Positions 49,175-58,662 of a stretch of 64,000 bases of DNA are shown here, piece by piece. Numbering within the stretch: the stretch's first letter is position 1; the number at the start of each line of letters is the position of its first letter. Source of the stretch: an uncultured Chloroflexia bacterium (GTDB lineage: Bacteria > Chloroflexota > Limnocylindria > Limnocylindrales > CSP1-4). The DNA is taken from assembly GCA_963748625.1 (NCBI GenBank), contig CAVVJT010000002.1, forward strand, positions 32,001-96,000, given 5' to 3'. Under the pieces are notes generated by a model. It saw only the letters and a list, made by a program, of their open reading frames with translations. It was not told the DNA's origin and searched no databases. The position numbers and the translations under genes are program-made.

Positions 49175-49633
49175 ATGAGCAGCCGCCAGCCGCGCGACCA
49201 GCGCTCCGGGGTGCCACGCCGGGCATCCGCGGGCGGCCGCGGGGCGTACGACCCCGCCACCCCCGACCCGGCCCGAGCGCCGGCGCCGTCGCGCAAGGGT
49301 GGTCCCCACATCGGCCCGCTCGCGATCACGCCGCTCCGCGTCACGCTCATGGTCGCGCTCGTGGGCGGTCTCGCGTTCCTTGCCTACTCGCTGCTGATCC
49401 GGGACGCCCTCCAGGTGCCCCTGATGGCGACCGGCTTCGCGGTCTGCGGGATCGTCATGGCGCTCATGGCGCTGCTCGCCCTGGTGGCGGTGATCCGTGC
49501 CGGTCGCGAAGGCCGCGATGGCACCGCCGTCCTGGCGGCGCTCGGCGGGGGGATCCTCGCGGTCGGGGCGATGATGTGCCTCGCCGCGGCGACGATCTTC
49601 GCCATGATCTGGAGCGGCACGAAGGCCGGCTGA
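49175..49633 (+). CDS. Small 3-TM membrane protein
   Basis: Three hydrophobic helices; TACGCT -10 seven nt before the ATG. Confidence 0.7.
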   Translation: MSSRQPRDQRSGVPRRASAGGRGAYDPATPDPARAPAPSRKGGPHIGPLAITPLRVTLMVALVGGLAFLAYSLLIRDALQVPLMATGFAVCGIVMALMALLALVAVIRAGREGRDGTAVLAALGGGILAVGAMMCLAAATIFAMIWSGTKAG

Positions 49634-49732
49634 CGCCGGGACGTCGCGGCCGGCCCCTGTCGTGACCGGCCCCTGTCGTGACTGGCCCCGGAGCCTGCCT
49701 GCTACACTCGCCCGGCCCGTCCCCGCGCCCGT

Positions 49733-49809
49733 GCCCCCATCGTCTAGAGGCCTAGGACGCCGCCCTTTCAAGGCGGAGATCACCGGTTCGAATCCGGTTG
49801 GGGGTACCA
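49733..49809 (+). tRNA. tRNA-Glu (anticodon TTC)
   Basis: Acceptor stem GCCCCCA/TGGGGGT, anticodon arm CCGCC-CTTTCAA-GGCGG, GGTTCGAATCC T-arm, encoded CCA. Confidence 0.97.
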
Positions 49810-49855
49810 CCGTCGCGACCCGCCACGGCGCTCGCCGATGCGGCATCCTGCAGGC

Positions 49856-50812
49856 ATGAGCATCGTCCCGTTCGCCGACGAGCACGTCCCGGCGGCCGCG
49901 GCCCTCGCCGCTGCTGGTGTCGAGCGCCTGCGCCGGCGCGTTCCCGCCCTTCCCGATGCGTGGACGGATCCTCTCATCGTCGCCCCGGTGCTCCACCGAC
50001 TCGTGGAGCAGGGGACCGGCCTCGCGGTCCTCGACGACGGCGAGCTGCTGGCGTTCCAGGCGGGCAGGGTGCTCGACGGGCACGGCGGCAAGTGGTCGTA
50101 CACGCCCGATGTCGGTCATGCGGCACCCGCCTCCGGCTCCGGGCGCATGCGCGAGCGCCTGTACACGGGCCTCGCCGAGACCTGGGTGCGGGGCGCCTGC
50201 CCGGAGCACGTGATCACCACCCTCGCGGACGACGGGGATGCCCAGGGCGTGCTCGCCCGGCTGGGCTTCGGTCACGTCGTGGTGGACCTGGTGCGCGACC
50301 TGGCCCCTGTGGAGGACGTGGTGCTGCCCGACGGTGTGCAGGTGCGTCAGGCGGAGCCACGCGACGCGGGTGCCCTCGTGACCCTGGACGCCGGGCTGCG
50401 CCGCCACCTCCAGGCGTCGCCGGTGTTCCTGCGCCTGGGACCTGCCCCGACGCTCGAGGTCCAGCGCAGGCACGTGGAGGACCCGGCCCAGGCCATCTTC
50501 GTGGCCGAGCGTGAGGGACGACCAGTGGCCTGCCTGCGTATCGGCCCGTGCGCCAACGACGTGGCGATGGTGGTGCGTGATCCGGGGACCGCCAGCATCA
50601 CCGGCGCGTTCACGGACCCCACCCTGCGTGGCTGGGGCGTGGGCACGGCGCTGCTCGCCGCGGCCGTCGCCTGGGCCGAGGAGCACGGGTACGCCCGATG
50701 CGCGGTCGATCACGAATTGGCCAACCGTGAGGCAGGTCGCTTCTGGGTCCGGCACTTCACGCCGGTGGCGCTCTCGATGGGCCGGCGGCTCGCGCACACG
50801 GCCCTGACCTGA
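49856..50812 (+). CDS. Tandem-domain GNAT acetyltransferase
   Basis: LRGWGVGTALL and NREAGRFW motifs. Confidence 0.85.
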   Translation: MSIVPFADEHVPAAAALAAAGVERLRRRVPALPDAWTDPLIVAPVLHRLVEQGTGLAVLDDGELLAFQAGRVLDGHGGKWSYTPDVGHAAPASGSGRMRERLYTGLAETWVRGACPEHVITTLADDGDAQGVLARLGFGHVVVDLVRDLAPVEDVVLPDGVQVRQAEPRDAGALVTLDAGLRRHLQASPVFLRLGPAPTLEVQRRHVEDPAQAIFVAEREGRPVACLRIGPCANDVAMVVRDPGTASITGAFTDPTLRGWGVGTALLAAAVAWAEEHGYARCAVDHELANREAGRFWVRHFTPVALSMGRRLAHTALT

Positions 50813-50838
50813 CCGGGTGCGGTGGTATCCTGCCTGCC

Positions 50839-51192
50839 GTGGAGATCATGGGCGTGACGATCCGCACCATCGTCAACGACAACGTCGCGATCCGCTGTGA
50901 CGGCTGCCGGGAGATCATCCCGGGAACGCCCTGGCGGGTGAACCTCCTTGACGTCGTCTCCCCCGAGGTGGCCGTCGGCTGGGCGGAGTCCACGCCCGTC
51001 AACCCCGGCCCCCACCAGTTCCACGGGGATCCCGCCTGCGTCAGGAGCTGGATGGCCGAGAAGGGCTACCTGTTCTGCCGCCGTGGCGAGGTGCGCGAGA
51101 TCATGCGCCCGGTCCTGCTGCCCACGGAGCCCGCGACCTTCGGTCTGTGCGACGGCATCCACCGCGACGATCACGAGTTCGTCCCGGCCTGA
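50839..51192 (+). CDS. Small Cys/His-rich hypothetical protein (putative metal binding)
   Basis: CDGC…HQFH…C…CRRG…CDGIH…H; TATCCT -10 seven nt upstream. Confidence 0.7.
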   Translation: MEIMGVTIRTIVNDNVAIRCDGCREIIPGTPWRVNLLDVVSPEVAVGWAESTPVNPGPHQFHGDPACVRSWMAEKGYLFCRRGEVREIMRPVLLPTEPATFGLCDGIHRDDHEFVPA

Positions 51193-51214
51193 ACCGGCGT
51201 CTGCGGCCCCGCGA

Positions 51215-51290
51215 TTGACGCGCGGCGCGACCTTTCCTACACTCGCCGCGCCCGGTCTCCGCGCGAACCTAGGTTTGCCTAGATTCTAGA
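51215..51290 (+). promoter_or_regulatory. Promoter with CTAG-rich putative operator
   Basis: TTGACG-17-TACACT, followed by AACCTAGGTTTGCCTAGATTCTAGA. Confidence 0.6.
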
Positions 51291-51322
51291 CCCACGCCGA
51301 CCGGCTCCAGCCGGAGTCCCGC

Positions 51323-52024
51323 GTGTCGTCCCCCAGCTCTCCCCAGGATCGCCCTCGACCCGAACGCCTCGCCCTGGGCGAGGCGAGCCGCCTGCTGGGC
51401 GTTGACCCCGACACGCTCCGCCGCTGGGCCGACGAGGGTCGTGTGCCGGCCTTCACGACCCCGGGCGGCCACCGGCGCTTCGACCGGCGGGCGCTGGAGC
51501 GCCTGATCGAGGCCCGCCGCACGGGACCGGCGGGCGAGCTCGCCGCGTTCGGGGCCACACCGGACCGGCTGTCCGCGGCCTACCGGCGCCGGTATGGCGA
51601 GGCGCATGCGCTGGCCCCGGACCCGCGCACCACCGTACCCGACGCCGACCGCGAGTCCTTCCGCGAGACCGGCCGGCGCCTGGTGGACGCCCTCGTCCGC
51701 CACCTCGACGAGACCGGCACCGCCCGTGCGCTGGCCGAGCGCGAGGCCGTGGACCTGGCGGCACACCTGGGTGAGCGCCTGGCCCTGCACGGCGTGTCCC
51801 TCTCGGACGGCGTCTCGATGTTCGTGTCGGCCAGGCGCCCGTTCCTGGCCGAGCTGCGGGTCGTGGCCCGGCGGCGCGGCGTGGACTCGATGCGGGTGGC
51901 CGAGATCTACGACATCTCCACCGGGCTCCTCGACCGCCTCCTCATCGCATTCGTCGCGGGCTACGAGCTGGCCTCCAGGAACGCCCGCGGGTCGGCCGGT
52001 GCAAGCGGCTCGGAGCCGGCATGA
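51323..52024 (+). CDS. MerR/BldC-like HTH (HTH_17) regulator with helical C-terminal domain
   Basis: LGEASRLLGVDPDTLRRWADEG…TPGGHRRF. Confidence 0.85.
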   Translation: MSSPSSPQDRPRPERLALGEASRLLGVDPDTLRRWADEGRVPAFTTPGGHRRFDRRALERLIEARRTGPAGELAAFGATPDRLSAAYRRRYGEAHALAPDPRTTVPDADRESFRETGRRLVDALVRHLDETGTARALAEREAVDLAAHLGERLALHGVSLSDGVSMFVSARRPFLAELRVVARRRGVDSMRVAEIYDISTGLLDRLLIAFVAGYELASRNARGSAGASGSEPA

Positions 52025-53103
52025 GCACCTGGGTGCCGGCTGTCACCTCCATCCTGGCCTTCACGTTCGCGGCCATGCTCCTCGACCAGTGGCGCGAGCG
52101 ACGCCACGGCTTCCAGCTCGTGTGGGCGTTCGGCATGCTCGCGTACGGCCTCGGGTCGGGCGCGGAGGCCGTCGCGGGGTTCACGGGTTGGACGGAGGCT
52201 GCCTACCGCCTCTGGTACCTCGCAGGTGCGGTCTGGACGGCCGGCTGGCTGGGCCTGGGAACGGCGTACCTGCTGGGGAAGACCCGCTTCGGCTACACCT
52301 ACGCGTTCCTGCTGGCCGTCTCGGGCCTGATCGCGCTCATGATCCGCAACAGCCCCAACTACGCGGGTGCCGGCCCGCTGCCGCTGCTGTACTTGATCGG
52401 CGCGGCGATCCTGGCCCTGGCGATCGCCGTGGAGACCTACTTCGGCAACGTGCGCTGGCCGTGGTTCGCGGGCGGGGCCGTCATCGCGGTCACGGTGCTG
52501 TCCGCGGTGCTGATGGTCCTCACGCCTCCGCTGCCGGCGCCCGGCTACTCCCTCAGCCCCACCACGGGCCAGCCGACCGGTGACCTGATGCCGGGCTACC
52601 TTCGCCTGCTCACGCCGCTGATGAACATCACGGGTGCGGGCTCCCTTGTGCTCGGCGCCGTCTTCTCGACCTACGTGTTCATGCCCAAGAAGCGCGTGCT
52701 GCCCTACTCGCTGGACCCGGACCAGAAGGGCGACGAGTTCCTGTTCAACCTGCTGATCGCCGTGGTGGCGATCCCGGTGAACCTGGTGGCCTCGCTGCCC
52801 GGCGCGTTCCGCGACCTGGTCGGCGGCAGGCTCCACCCCCGTGTTCCCGCGACCATCCTCATCGCGATCGGCGGCATGTTCCCGGCCATCACGGACTCGC
52901 TGCTGCGCGCGGGCAATGCGCAGTACGGCGCCCTGGGCAAGCTGCTGGGCGTGGTCTTCCTGTTCGCCGGGTTCCTGGTGTCCGCGGAGATCATCCGCGA
53001 GGTCCGGGTCCCGTTCACGCGTATCCGGCTGGGCACGCGGTCGCGGCGCCAGGCCCAGCGTGATGCGGTGGCCCCCGAGGCCGAGACCCAGGGCTCCCGC
53101 TGA
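52021..53103 (+). CDS. Polytopic membrane protein of unknown function
   Basis: About 10 hydrophobic segments; ATGA overlap with the HTH gene. Confidence 0.8.
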   Translation: MSTWVPAVTSILAFTFAAMLLDQWRERRHGFQLVWAFGMLAYGLGSGAEAVAGFTGWTEAAYRLWYLAGAVWTAGWLGLGTAYLLGKTRFGYTYAFLLAVSGLIALMIRNSPNYAGAGPLPLLYLIGAAILALAIAVETYFGNVRWPWFAGGAVIAVTVLSAVLMVLTPPLPAPGYSLSPTTGQPTGDLMPGYLRLLTPLMNITGAGSLVLGAVFSTYVFMPKKRVLPYSLDPDQKGDEFLFNLLIAVVAIPVNLVASLPGAFRDLVGGRLHPRVPATILIAIGGMFPAITDSLLRAGNAQYGALGKLLGVVFLFAGFLVSAEIIREVRVPFTRIRLGTRSRRQAQRDAVAPEAETQGSR

Positions 53104-53168
53104 GTTCCCAGGCTCCCGCTGGGACACCGCATGACGACCGTGCCCGTGGCCGACTATCCTCTCCGGCG

Positions 53169-53849
53169 ATGGACACTGCCGCGCTGATCCAGGCTGCCGA
53201 GGGCTCCCCGCCCCGCATCCGCGTACTCCTCGCCGATGACCACGGCGTGGTCCGCCGCGGGCTGCGCGCGTTCTTCGAGCTGCTCGATGACATCGAGATC
53301 GTCGGCGAGGCCGAGGACGGCCGGCACGCCGTGGACCTGGTGGAGGTGCTCCAGCCCGACGTGGTCCTCATGGACCTGCTGATGCCGGGCGTGGACGGGA
53401 TCGCCGCCACTGCCGAGATCAAGCGGCGCTGGCCCGAGGTGGAGGTCGTCGCGCTGACGAGCTTCATCGAGGAGGAGCGGGTGACCGCGGCCCTCGAGGC
53501 CGGGGCGACGGGCTACCTGCTCAAGGACGCCGATGCCGACGACGTGGCGACCGCGGTCCGGCGCGCCCATGCGGGCGAGGTGCACCTCGACCCGCAGGTG
53601 GCGCGCCTGCTGGCCACCCGCATCCGTGCCCGCAAGGAGCCTGCGGCCCCCGACCACGAGCCGCTCACCGAGCGCGAGCTCGAGGTGCTGCACCTGGTGG
53701 CCAAGGGCCATGCGAACAAGGAGATCGCGGCCCGGCTCTCCATCACGGAACGCACGGCCCGGACGCACGTGTCCAACATCCTGGGCAAGCTCGACCTGTC
53801 CAGCCGCACGCAGGCGGCGCTCTGGGCGATCGAGCACCGGATCGTCTGA
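53169..53849 (+). CDS. NarL/FixJ (LuxR-HTH) response regulator
   Basis: LADDH, VLMD, GYLLK and LTERELEVL motifs. Confidence 0.96.
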   Translation: MDTAALIQAAEGSPPRIRVLLADDHGVVRRGLRAFFELLDDIEIVGEAEDGRHAVDLVEVLQPDVVLMDLLMPGVDGIAATAEIKRRWPEVEVVALTSFIEEERVTAALEAGATGYLLKDADADDVATAVRRAHAGEVHLDPQVARLLATRIRARKEPAAPDHEPLTERELEVLHLVAKGHANKEIAARLSITERTARTHVSNILGKLDLSSRTQAALWAIEHRIV

Positions 53850-53852
53850 GCC

Positions 53853-54638
53853 GTGACCGGCATGGAGCAGGCGACCGGGGCCACGACGCGGCCCTGGGTC
53901 GCGCTCGGGCCGGTGGACGCGCCGGGCATCGTGTTCGTGCATGCCACGCGGTTCACGCGCACGCTGTGGTACCCGCAGCTCCGGCGCCTCGCGGGCCGCT
54001 ACCGGTGCGTCGCCATCGACCTGCCGGGACACGGTCGCCGGGCCGAAGAGCCGTTCTCGATGGAGGCGGCGGTGAAGGCGGTGGACGAGGCGATCGCCGC
54101 CGAGATTCCGTCGGGCCGGGCGGTCCTCGTGGGCCTGTCCCTGGGCGGCTACGTGGCCATCGAGACCGCCGTCGCGCACCCCGAGCGGGTCACGGGCCTG
54201 GTGCTGGCGGGCTGCTCTGCGGAGGGTGTCGGGGTGACCGGCTGGTCATTCGCCGCCTTCGCGCGGCTCCTGGAGCTTGCGCCGGACCGGCTTCTCGGGC
54301 TGGCGAGCCGCACGTGGTTCCGCGTGCGCTACGGGCGGGGCATTGCCGGCCCCATCGCGGAGGCAGGCCTCTGGCCGGTCGGCGGCGCCCAGGCCGTGCA
54401 CGCCATCATCGGCCGCCGGGTGCTGGAGCGCCTGGGTCGCCTCTGGGTTCCCGTGACGATCCTGAACGGAACGCTCGACGTGGTCTTCGCCCCGCAGGGT
54501 GACCACTGGGCGGCGTCGTGCCGGTCGGGCCGCCACGTGACGCTCGCCGGGGCCACCCATCTCTCGAACCTCGACCGGCCCGCGGGTTTCGCCCGGGTCG
54601 TGGCCACCTTCACCGAGTCGATCAACCGCGAAGGCTGA
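53853..54638 (+). CDS. Alpha/beta hydrolase
   Basis: DLPGHG, GLSLGG nucleophile elbow, Asp (GTLD) and His (GATH). Confidence 0.9.
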   Translation: MTGMEQATGATTRPWVALGPVDAPGIVFVHATRFTRTLWYPQLRRLAGRYRCVAIDLPGHGRRAEEPFSMEAAVKAVDEAIAAEIPSGRAVLVGLSLGGYVAIETAVAHPERVTGLVLAGCSAEGVGVTGWSFAAFARLLELAPDRLLGLASRTWFRVRYGRGIAGPIAEAGLWPVGGAQAVHAIIGRRVLERLGRLWVPVTILNGTLDVVFAPQGDHWAASCRSGRHVTLAGATHLSNLDRPAGFARVVATFTESINREG

Positions 54639-54736
54639 TGTCCCTCACCCCGTCGGGCGGATGGGGGTCCTCGGGGCCCGACGGTATACTGGAAGCCTTC
54701 GCCAGGGCTCTTGGCCCACCTGTCCCGAGAGGTTCG

Positions 54737-55621
54737 ATGCGCGTCCGTAAAGCCGTGTTCCCCGCCGCGGGCTGGGGGACCCGATTCCTGCCGGCGACGA
54801 AGGCCCAGCCCAAAGAGATGCTGCCCCTCGTCGACAAGCCGGTCATCCAGTACGCCGTCGAGGAGGCGGTCGCCGCAGGCATCGAGCAGGTCATCATCGT
54901 GACCTCCTCGCAGAAGCGCGCGATCGAGGACCACTTCGACCTCAACTACGAGCTGGAGCACCTCCTCGAGGAGAAGGGCGAGATCGAGAAGCTGCGCCAG
55001 GTGCGCCACATCAGCGACCTCGCGCAGATCGCCTATGTGCGCCAGAAGGAGCAGCTGGGCCTGGGCCACGCGGTGCTGATGGCCAAGGACCTGATCGGGC
55101 ACGAGCCGTTCGCGGTCATCCTGCCCGATGACGTCGTCATCGCGGACCGGCCCTGCATCGGCCAGCTGATCCACGTCTACCACCAGCACCACGGGTCGGT
55201 GGTCGCGGTGACCGAGGTCCCGCCCGAGGAGACCCGGCGGTACGGCGTCATCGGCGGCGAGCTCGTCGAGGACAGCAGCCACCACGATTCGGACCGGACG
55301 TACCGCGTGACCTCGATCGTGGAGAAGCCGGAGCCGGAGGATGCGCCGTCCAACCTGGCGGTCATCGGGCGGTACGTCCTCACGCCCAAGATCTTCGACA
55401 AGCTCGAGCAGACGCAGCGTGGGGCCGGCGGCGAGATCCAGCTGACCGACGCCATCCAGGCGCTCATGGACGAGCAGAGCGTGTTCGGCTACCGCTACGA
55501 GGGCGTTCGCTACGACGCCGGGACCACGATGGGCTGGCTCAAGGCGTCGGTGGAGCTGGCGCTGGCCCGGCCGGAGTTCGGCAGCGCGTTCGCGGACTAC
55601 CTGCGTTCACTCGACATCTAG
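54737..55621 (+). CDS. galU: UTP--glucose-1-phosphate uridylyltransferase
   Basis: [36 protein letters not shown] and GEIQLTDA motifs. Confidence 0.96.
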   Translation: MRVRKAVFPAAGWGTRFLPATKAQPKEMLPLVDKPVIQYAVEEAVAAGIEQVIIVTSSQKRAIEDHFDLNYELEHLLEEKGEIEKLRQVRHISDLAQIAYVRQKEQLGLGHAVLMAKDLIGHEPFAVILPDDVVIADRPCIGQLIHVYHQHHGSVVAVTEVPPEETRRYGVIGGELVEDSSHHDSDRTYRVTSIVEKPEPEDAPSNLAVIGRYVLTPKIFDKLEQTQRGAGGEIQLTDAIQALMDEQSVFGYRYEGVRYDAGTTMGWLKASVELALARPEFGSAFADYLRSLDI

Positions 55622-55714
55622 CGTGGCGGGCCTGAACGGGCCCGCACGCCGCCGTGCGGTAGGATGCCCCGACGGCACCCGCCACACGCAGCGCAGAGGG
55701 GAGACGACACCACC

Positions 55715-57631
55715 GTGACCGAGATCGGAAGCGTCCTGGGCGGCCGCTACCGCCTGGTCGAGCTTCTCGGCCAAGGCGGGATGGCGACCATCTATCGTGC
55801 GCGTGACGCCCAGCTGGACCGTGATGTCGCCGTCAAGCTGTTGCGCCCGGAGTTCGGGCAGGACCCGGACTTCCTCGCCCGCTTCCGCGACGAGGCCCGT
55901 GCCGCCGCCTCCCTGAACCACCCCAACATCGTCGCGGTCTTCGACTTCGGCGAGGGTGAGGACGGCCCCTACATCGTGATGGAGCTGATCGACGGCCAGG
56001 ACCTGGGCGCGATCATCCGCGAGAATGGCGCCCTGCCGCCGCGCCAGGCCGCGCGTGTGACGGCCGAGACCGCGAAGGCGCTCCACGCCGCCCACGTGAA
56101 GGGCATCGTCCACCGCGACGTGAAGCCGTCCAACGTGCTCATCGGTCGCGACGGACGCGTGAAGGTCGCGGACTTCGGCATCGCGCGTGCCATCACCGAG
56201 GCCCAACTCACGCTGCCGGGCGTCACGATGGGCTCGGTCCACTACTTCAGCCCGGAGCAGGCGCGGGGCGAGACCGCCACGATCTCGTCGGACATCTACT
56301 CCCTGGGCATCGTCCTCTATGAGTGCCTGACCGCCCAGCGCCCGTTCTCGGGAGACGGCGCGGCCGCCGTGGCGCTCGCCCGCCTGACCTCAACACCCCC
56401 GCGACCGTCCGCACTCCGCCCGGGCACCCCGACTGAGCTCGATGCGATCGTGACCCGCGCCATGGCGCTCGACCCGGCCGCCCGCTACGCCTCTGCGGCG
56501 TCGATGGCCAGCGCGCTCGAGGGCTGGCTGGCGGCTCCCTCCGCCCAGCCGGGCGCCGCGGCAGGTGCTGCGGTCGCCGGTGCGGCCATCGTGGGCGCCG
56601 CCACGGTGGCCAGCGCACAGGCTCGTCCGAACGCCGTGCCCTACCCGCCCGACGCCTACGCCCGCGCGACACCGCCGTCGGCACCCGTCACCACGCGCTC
56701 CGCCCCGCCCCCGCCGCCCGTCGACGTGGACCAGGGGGACGATGAGGGCGGCGCCGGACCGTGGGCCTGGGCCGCCGGCATCCTGGGGATCGTGATCCTC
56801 GCGATCGTCGGCTTCCTCATCTTCCAGATGCTGACGGGCGGGTCGGACGGCCCGACGGCCTCCGCCTCGCCCGACGCCTCGCCCGTGGCGGTTCCGTCGC
56901 TGGTGAACCTCCTGTATGCCGATGCCGAGGCCGCGGCTGCCGAGCTCGGCCTGACCGTGACCCGGGCTGCCACTGAGCCGCGCACGGACGTGGAGCCCGA
57001 CACGGTGCTCGCCCAGGACCCGCCCGCGGGCCAGGCGGTGGCGCCCGGCACGGAGCTCAAGCTCACGGTGTCCGTGGGCAAGGTCGCAGTGTCCACACCC
57101 AGCATCGTGGGGATCCCGGAGAACCAGGCGGTCCAGACGATCGTCCAGGAAGGACTGACGGTCGGGGCGCGGACCGAGGCGTTCGACCCGATGGTGCCGG
57201 CGGGATCGGTGGTGAGCCAGAACCCCCAGGCCGGGATCTTCGTGAACCCCGAGACCCCGGTGGACTACGTGGTCTCGAAGGGCCCGGAACCCACCCCGTC
57301 CCCGACGCCGGAACCCACGCCGACCCCGACGCCCACCCCAACCCCGACCCCGACCCCCACCCCGACCCCCACCCCGACCCCGACGCCTACCCCCACGCCC
57401 GCCCCGATCAACGTCGGCGACTACCGGTGCGTGACGCTCGATGAGGCCACCACCAACATCGACGTTGACACGTTCACGTTGGGCGACGTCACCACGCTGA
57501 CGCCAGGTGGAACCTATGACCAGGCGTGGGTCGTAGTGGACCAGAAGCCCAACCCGGGCACCAAGAGGCCCGGGGGCACGGCGATCGACCTGGTCGTCGA
57601 GGATCCCGCACTGGTCACCACCTGCCCCTGA
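55715..57631 (+). CDS. pknB: PASTA-domain Ser/Thr protein kinase (PknB/Stk1 family)
   Basis: LGQGGMA, VAVK, HRDVKPSN, DFGIA; TM segment, PASTA repeats and a (TP)n linker. Confidence 0.93.
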   Translation: MTEIGSVLGGRYRLVELLGQGGMATIYRARDAQLDRDVAVKLLRPEFGQDPDFLARFRDEARAAASLNHPNIVAVFDFGEGEDGPYIVMELIDGQDLGAIIRENGALPPRQAARVTAETAKALHAAHVKGIVHRDVKPSNVLIGRDGRVKVADFGIARAITEAQLTLPGVTMGSVHYFSPEQARGETATISSDIYSLGIVLYECLTAQRPFSGDGAAAVALARLTSTPPRPSALRPGTPTELDAIVTRAMALDPAARYASAASMASALEGWLAAPSAQPGAAAGAAVAGAAIVGAATVASAQARPNAVPYPPDAYARATPPSAPVTTRSAPPPPPVDVDQGDDEGGAGPWAWAAGILGIVILAIVGFLIFQMLTGGSDGPTASASPDASPVAVPSLVNLLYADAEAAAAELGLTVTRAATEPRTDVEPDTVLAQDPPAGQAVAPGTELKLTVSVGKVAVSTPSIVGIPENQAVQTIVQEGLTVGARTEAFDPMVPAGSVVSQNPQAGIFVNPETPVDYVVSKGPEPTPSPTPEPTPTPTPTPTPTPTPTPTPTPTPTPTPTPAPINVGDYRCVTLDEATTNIDVDTFTLGDVTTLTPGGTYDQAWVVVDQKPNPGTKRPGGTAIDLVVEDPALVTTCP

Positions 57632-57645
57632 CGGAGGCCGGCGGT

Positions 57646-57692
57646 GGAGCTCGCGGAGGAGCTCGCGGAGGAGCTCGCGGAGGAGCTCGCGG
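57646..57692. repeat. 12-bp tandem repeat GGAGCTCGCGGA x~4
   Basis: Directly visible after pknB. Confidence 0.8.
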
Positions 57693-57707
57693 GGCTGGTC
57701 CGGGCCG

Positions 57708-58048
57708 CTAGGGTCCCGATTCGCTATGCGCTGGTCGCTGGCAGCCTGCGGACCGCCGTTCCGGGTCCTGTCGCCCTCCGGATGCGGCCGTCGTCCGGCT
57801 GCGCGCCAGACGGCCACACGGTGCGGCCGGAGCGCTCGATGCGCGGCTGGTGCGCAGGTCGTGCCATCGGGACCCTGCCGGAGCGCATGGACGGCGCACC
57901 GGGCGCACATCTAGCGACGTCACTGCTCCGTGTGCGCGCCGGGTGCGCACGGCAGCGGCCGCCGCGGGCGACGCCCGGTGATGCCGCTTCCGATCAGCGG
58001 CCCGGGCACGGTGGGGTATCCGCCAGCCACTGGCGGCACGGGTCCTAG
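57708..58048. repeat. ~340-bp dispersed repeat, copy 2, bounded by CTAG…CTAG
   Basis: Homologous to 8392-8760; ends are CTAGGGTCCCG and CGGGTCCTAG; the right CTAG provides the stop of the minus-strand gene. Confidence 0.85.
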
Positions 58049-58545
58049 CCTTCGGGCCAGGGCTCCGGATCGCCCCACAGCCACCATGTGCCGGGCACCC
58101 TGGTGACGGGTGTGGGCATGGACCCCCGATCGTCGGTGCCGGGTGCCGCGGACGACGCGGACGCCGGTTCGTCAACCGGAACGAACGTTCTGGGCTGGCG
58201 TGTCTCCCTGCCGTCCGTGGCGGCTGCCCCCCGCATCGCGGCGGTGGTGACCGTGGCAGCCACGGCCGACCTGCCCACCGCGTCGCCTGGGACCCGGACG
58301 TGGGTGGAGCCGGCCCAGCGACGCTCGAGGTCCACGGGCGGCGGCGCCGCGACCCAGCAGGGCTTCATCTCGGTGCCGTTCAGCGCAAGCCGCTTGGGAT
58401 CGAGGCCGCACAGGCCCAGGCCGCCGGCGACGCCCTTGCGGAAATGCCGGCAGGTGGCGCACGAGGTCGTGGAGCGACGACAGACCCAACACCGCGAGGT
58501 TTCCGACTGCGGCGTGTTGCAATGCGGGCAGCGCCAGACCGGCAT
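58045..58545 (-). CDS. Cys-rich hypothetical protein (zinc-ribbon-like N-terminus)
   Basis: CPHC, CWVC, CATC plus further Cys; TACGAT -10 six nt before ATG 58545. Confidence 0.7.
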   Translation of the reverse strand: MPVWRCPHCNTPQSETSRCWVCRRSTTSCATCRHFRKGVAGGLGLCGLDPKRLALNGTEMKPCWVAAPPPVDLERRWAGSTHVRVPGDAVGRSAVAATVTTAAMRGAAATDGRETRQPRTFVPVDEPASASSAAPGTDDRGSMPTPVTRVPGTWWLWGDPEPWPEG

Positions 58546-58662
58546 GCGCGGATCGTAGCTGCGCCAACGGCGGCTGTCGAGGCGATTCCTGCGCAAGCAG
58601 AACGGATGCTCGATCCGTTCTCGCCCCGTTCGACGGCGAGGTCGACCAGGTCCGTCGGCGGC

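Noticed and set aside
49733-49809. tRNA-Glu as an integration site of a genomic island
   Set aside because: No integrase nearby, and no duplicated tRNA 3' end found in the window.
57290-57405. (ACCCCG)n repeat in pknB and TEAPAA repeats in the sugar-binding protein
   Set aside because: Ordinary in-frame Pro/Thr/Ala linkers.
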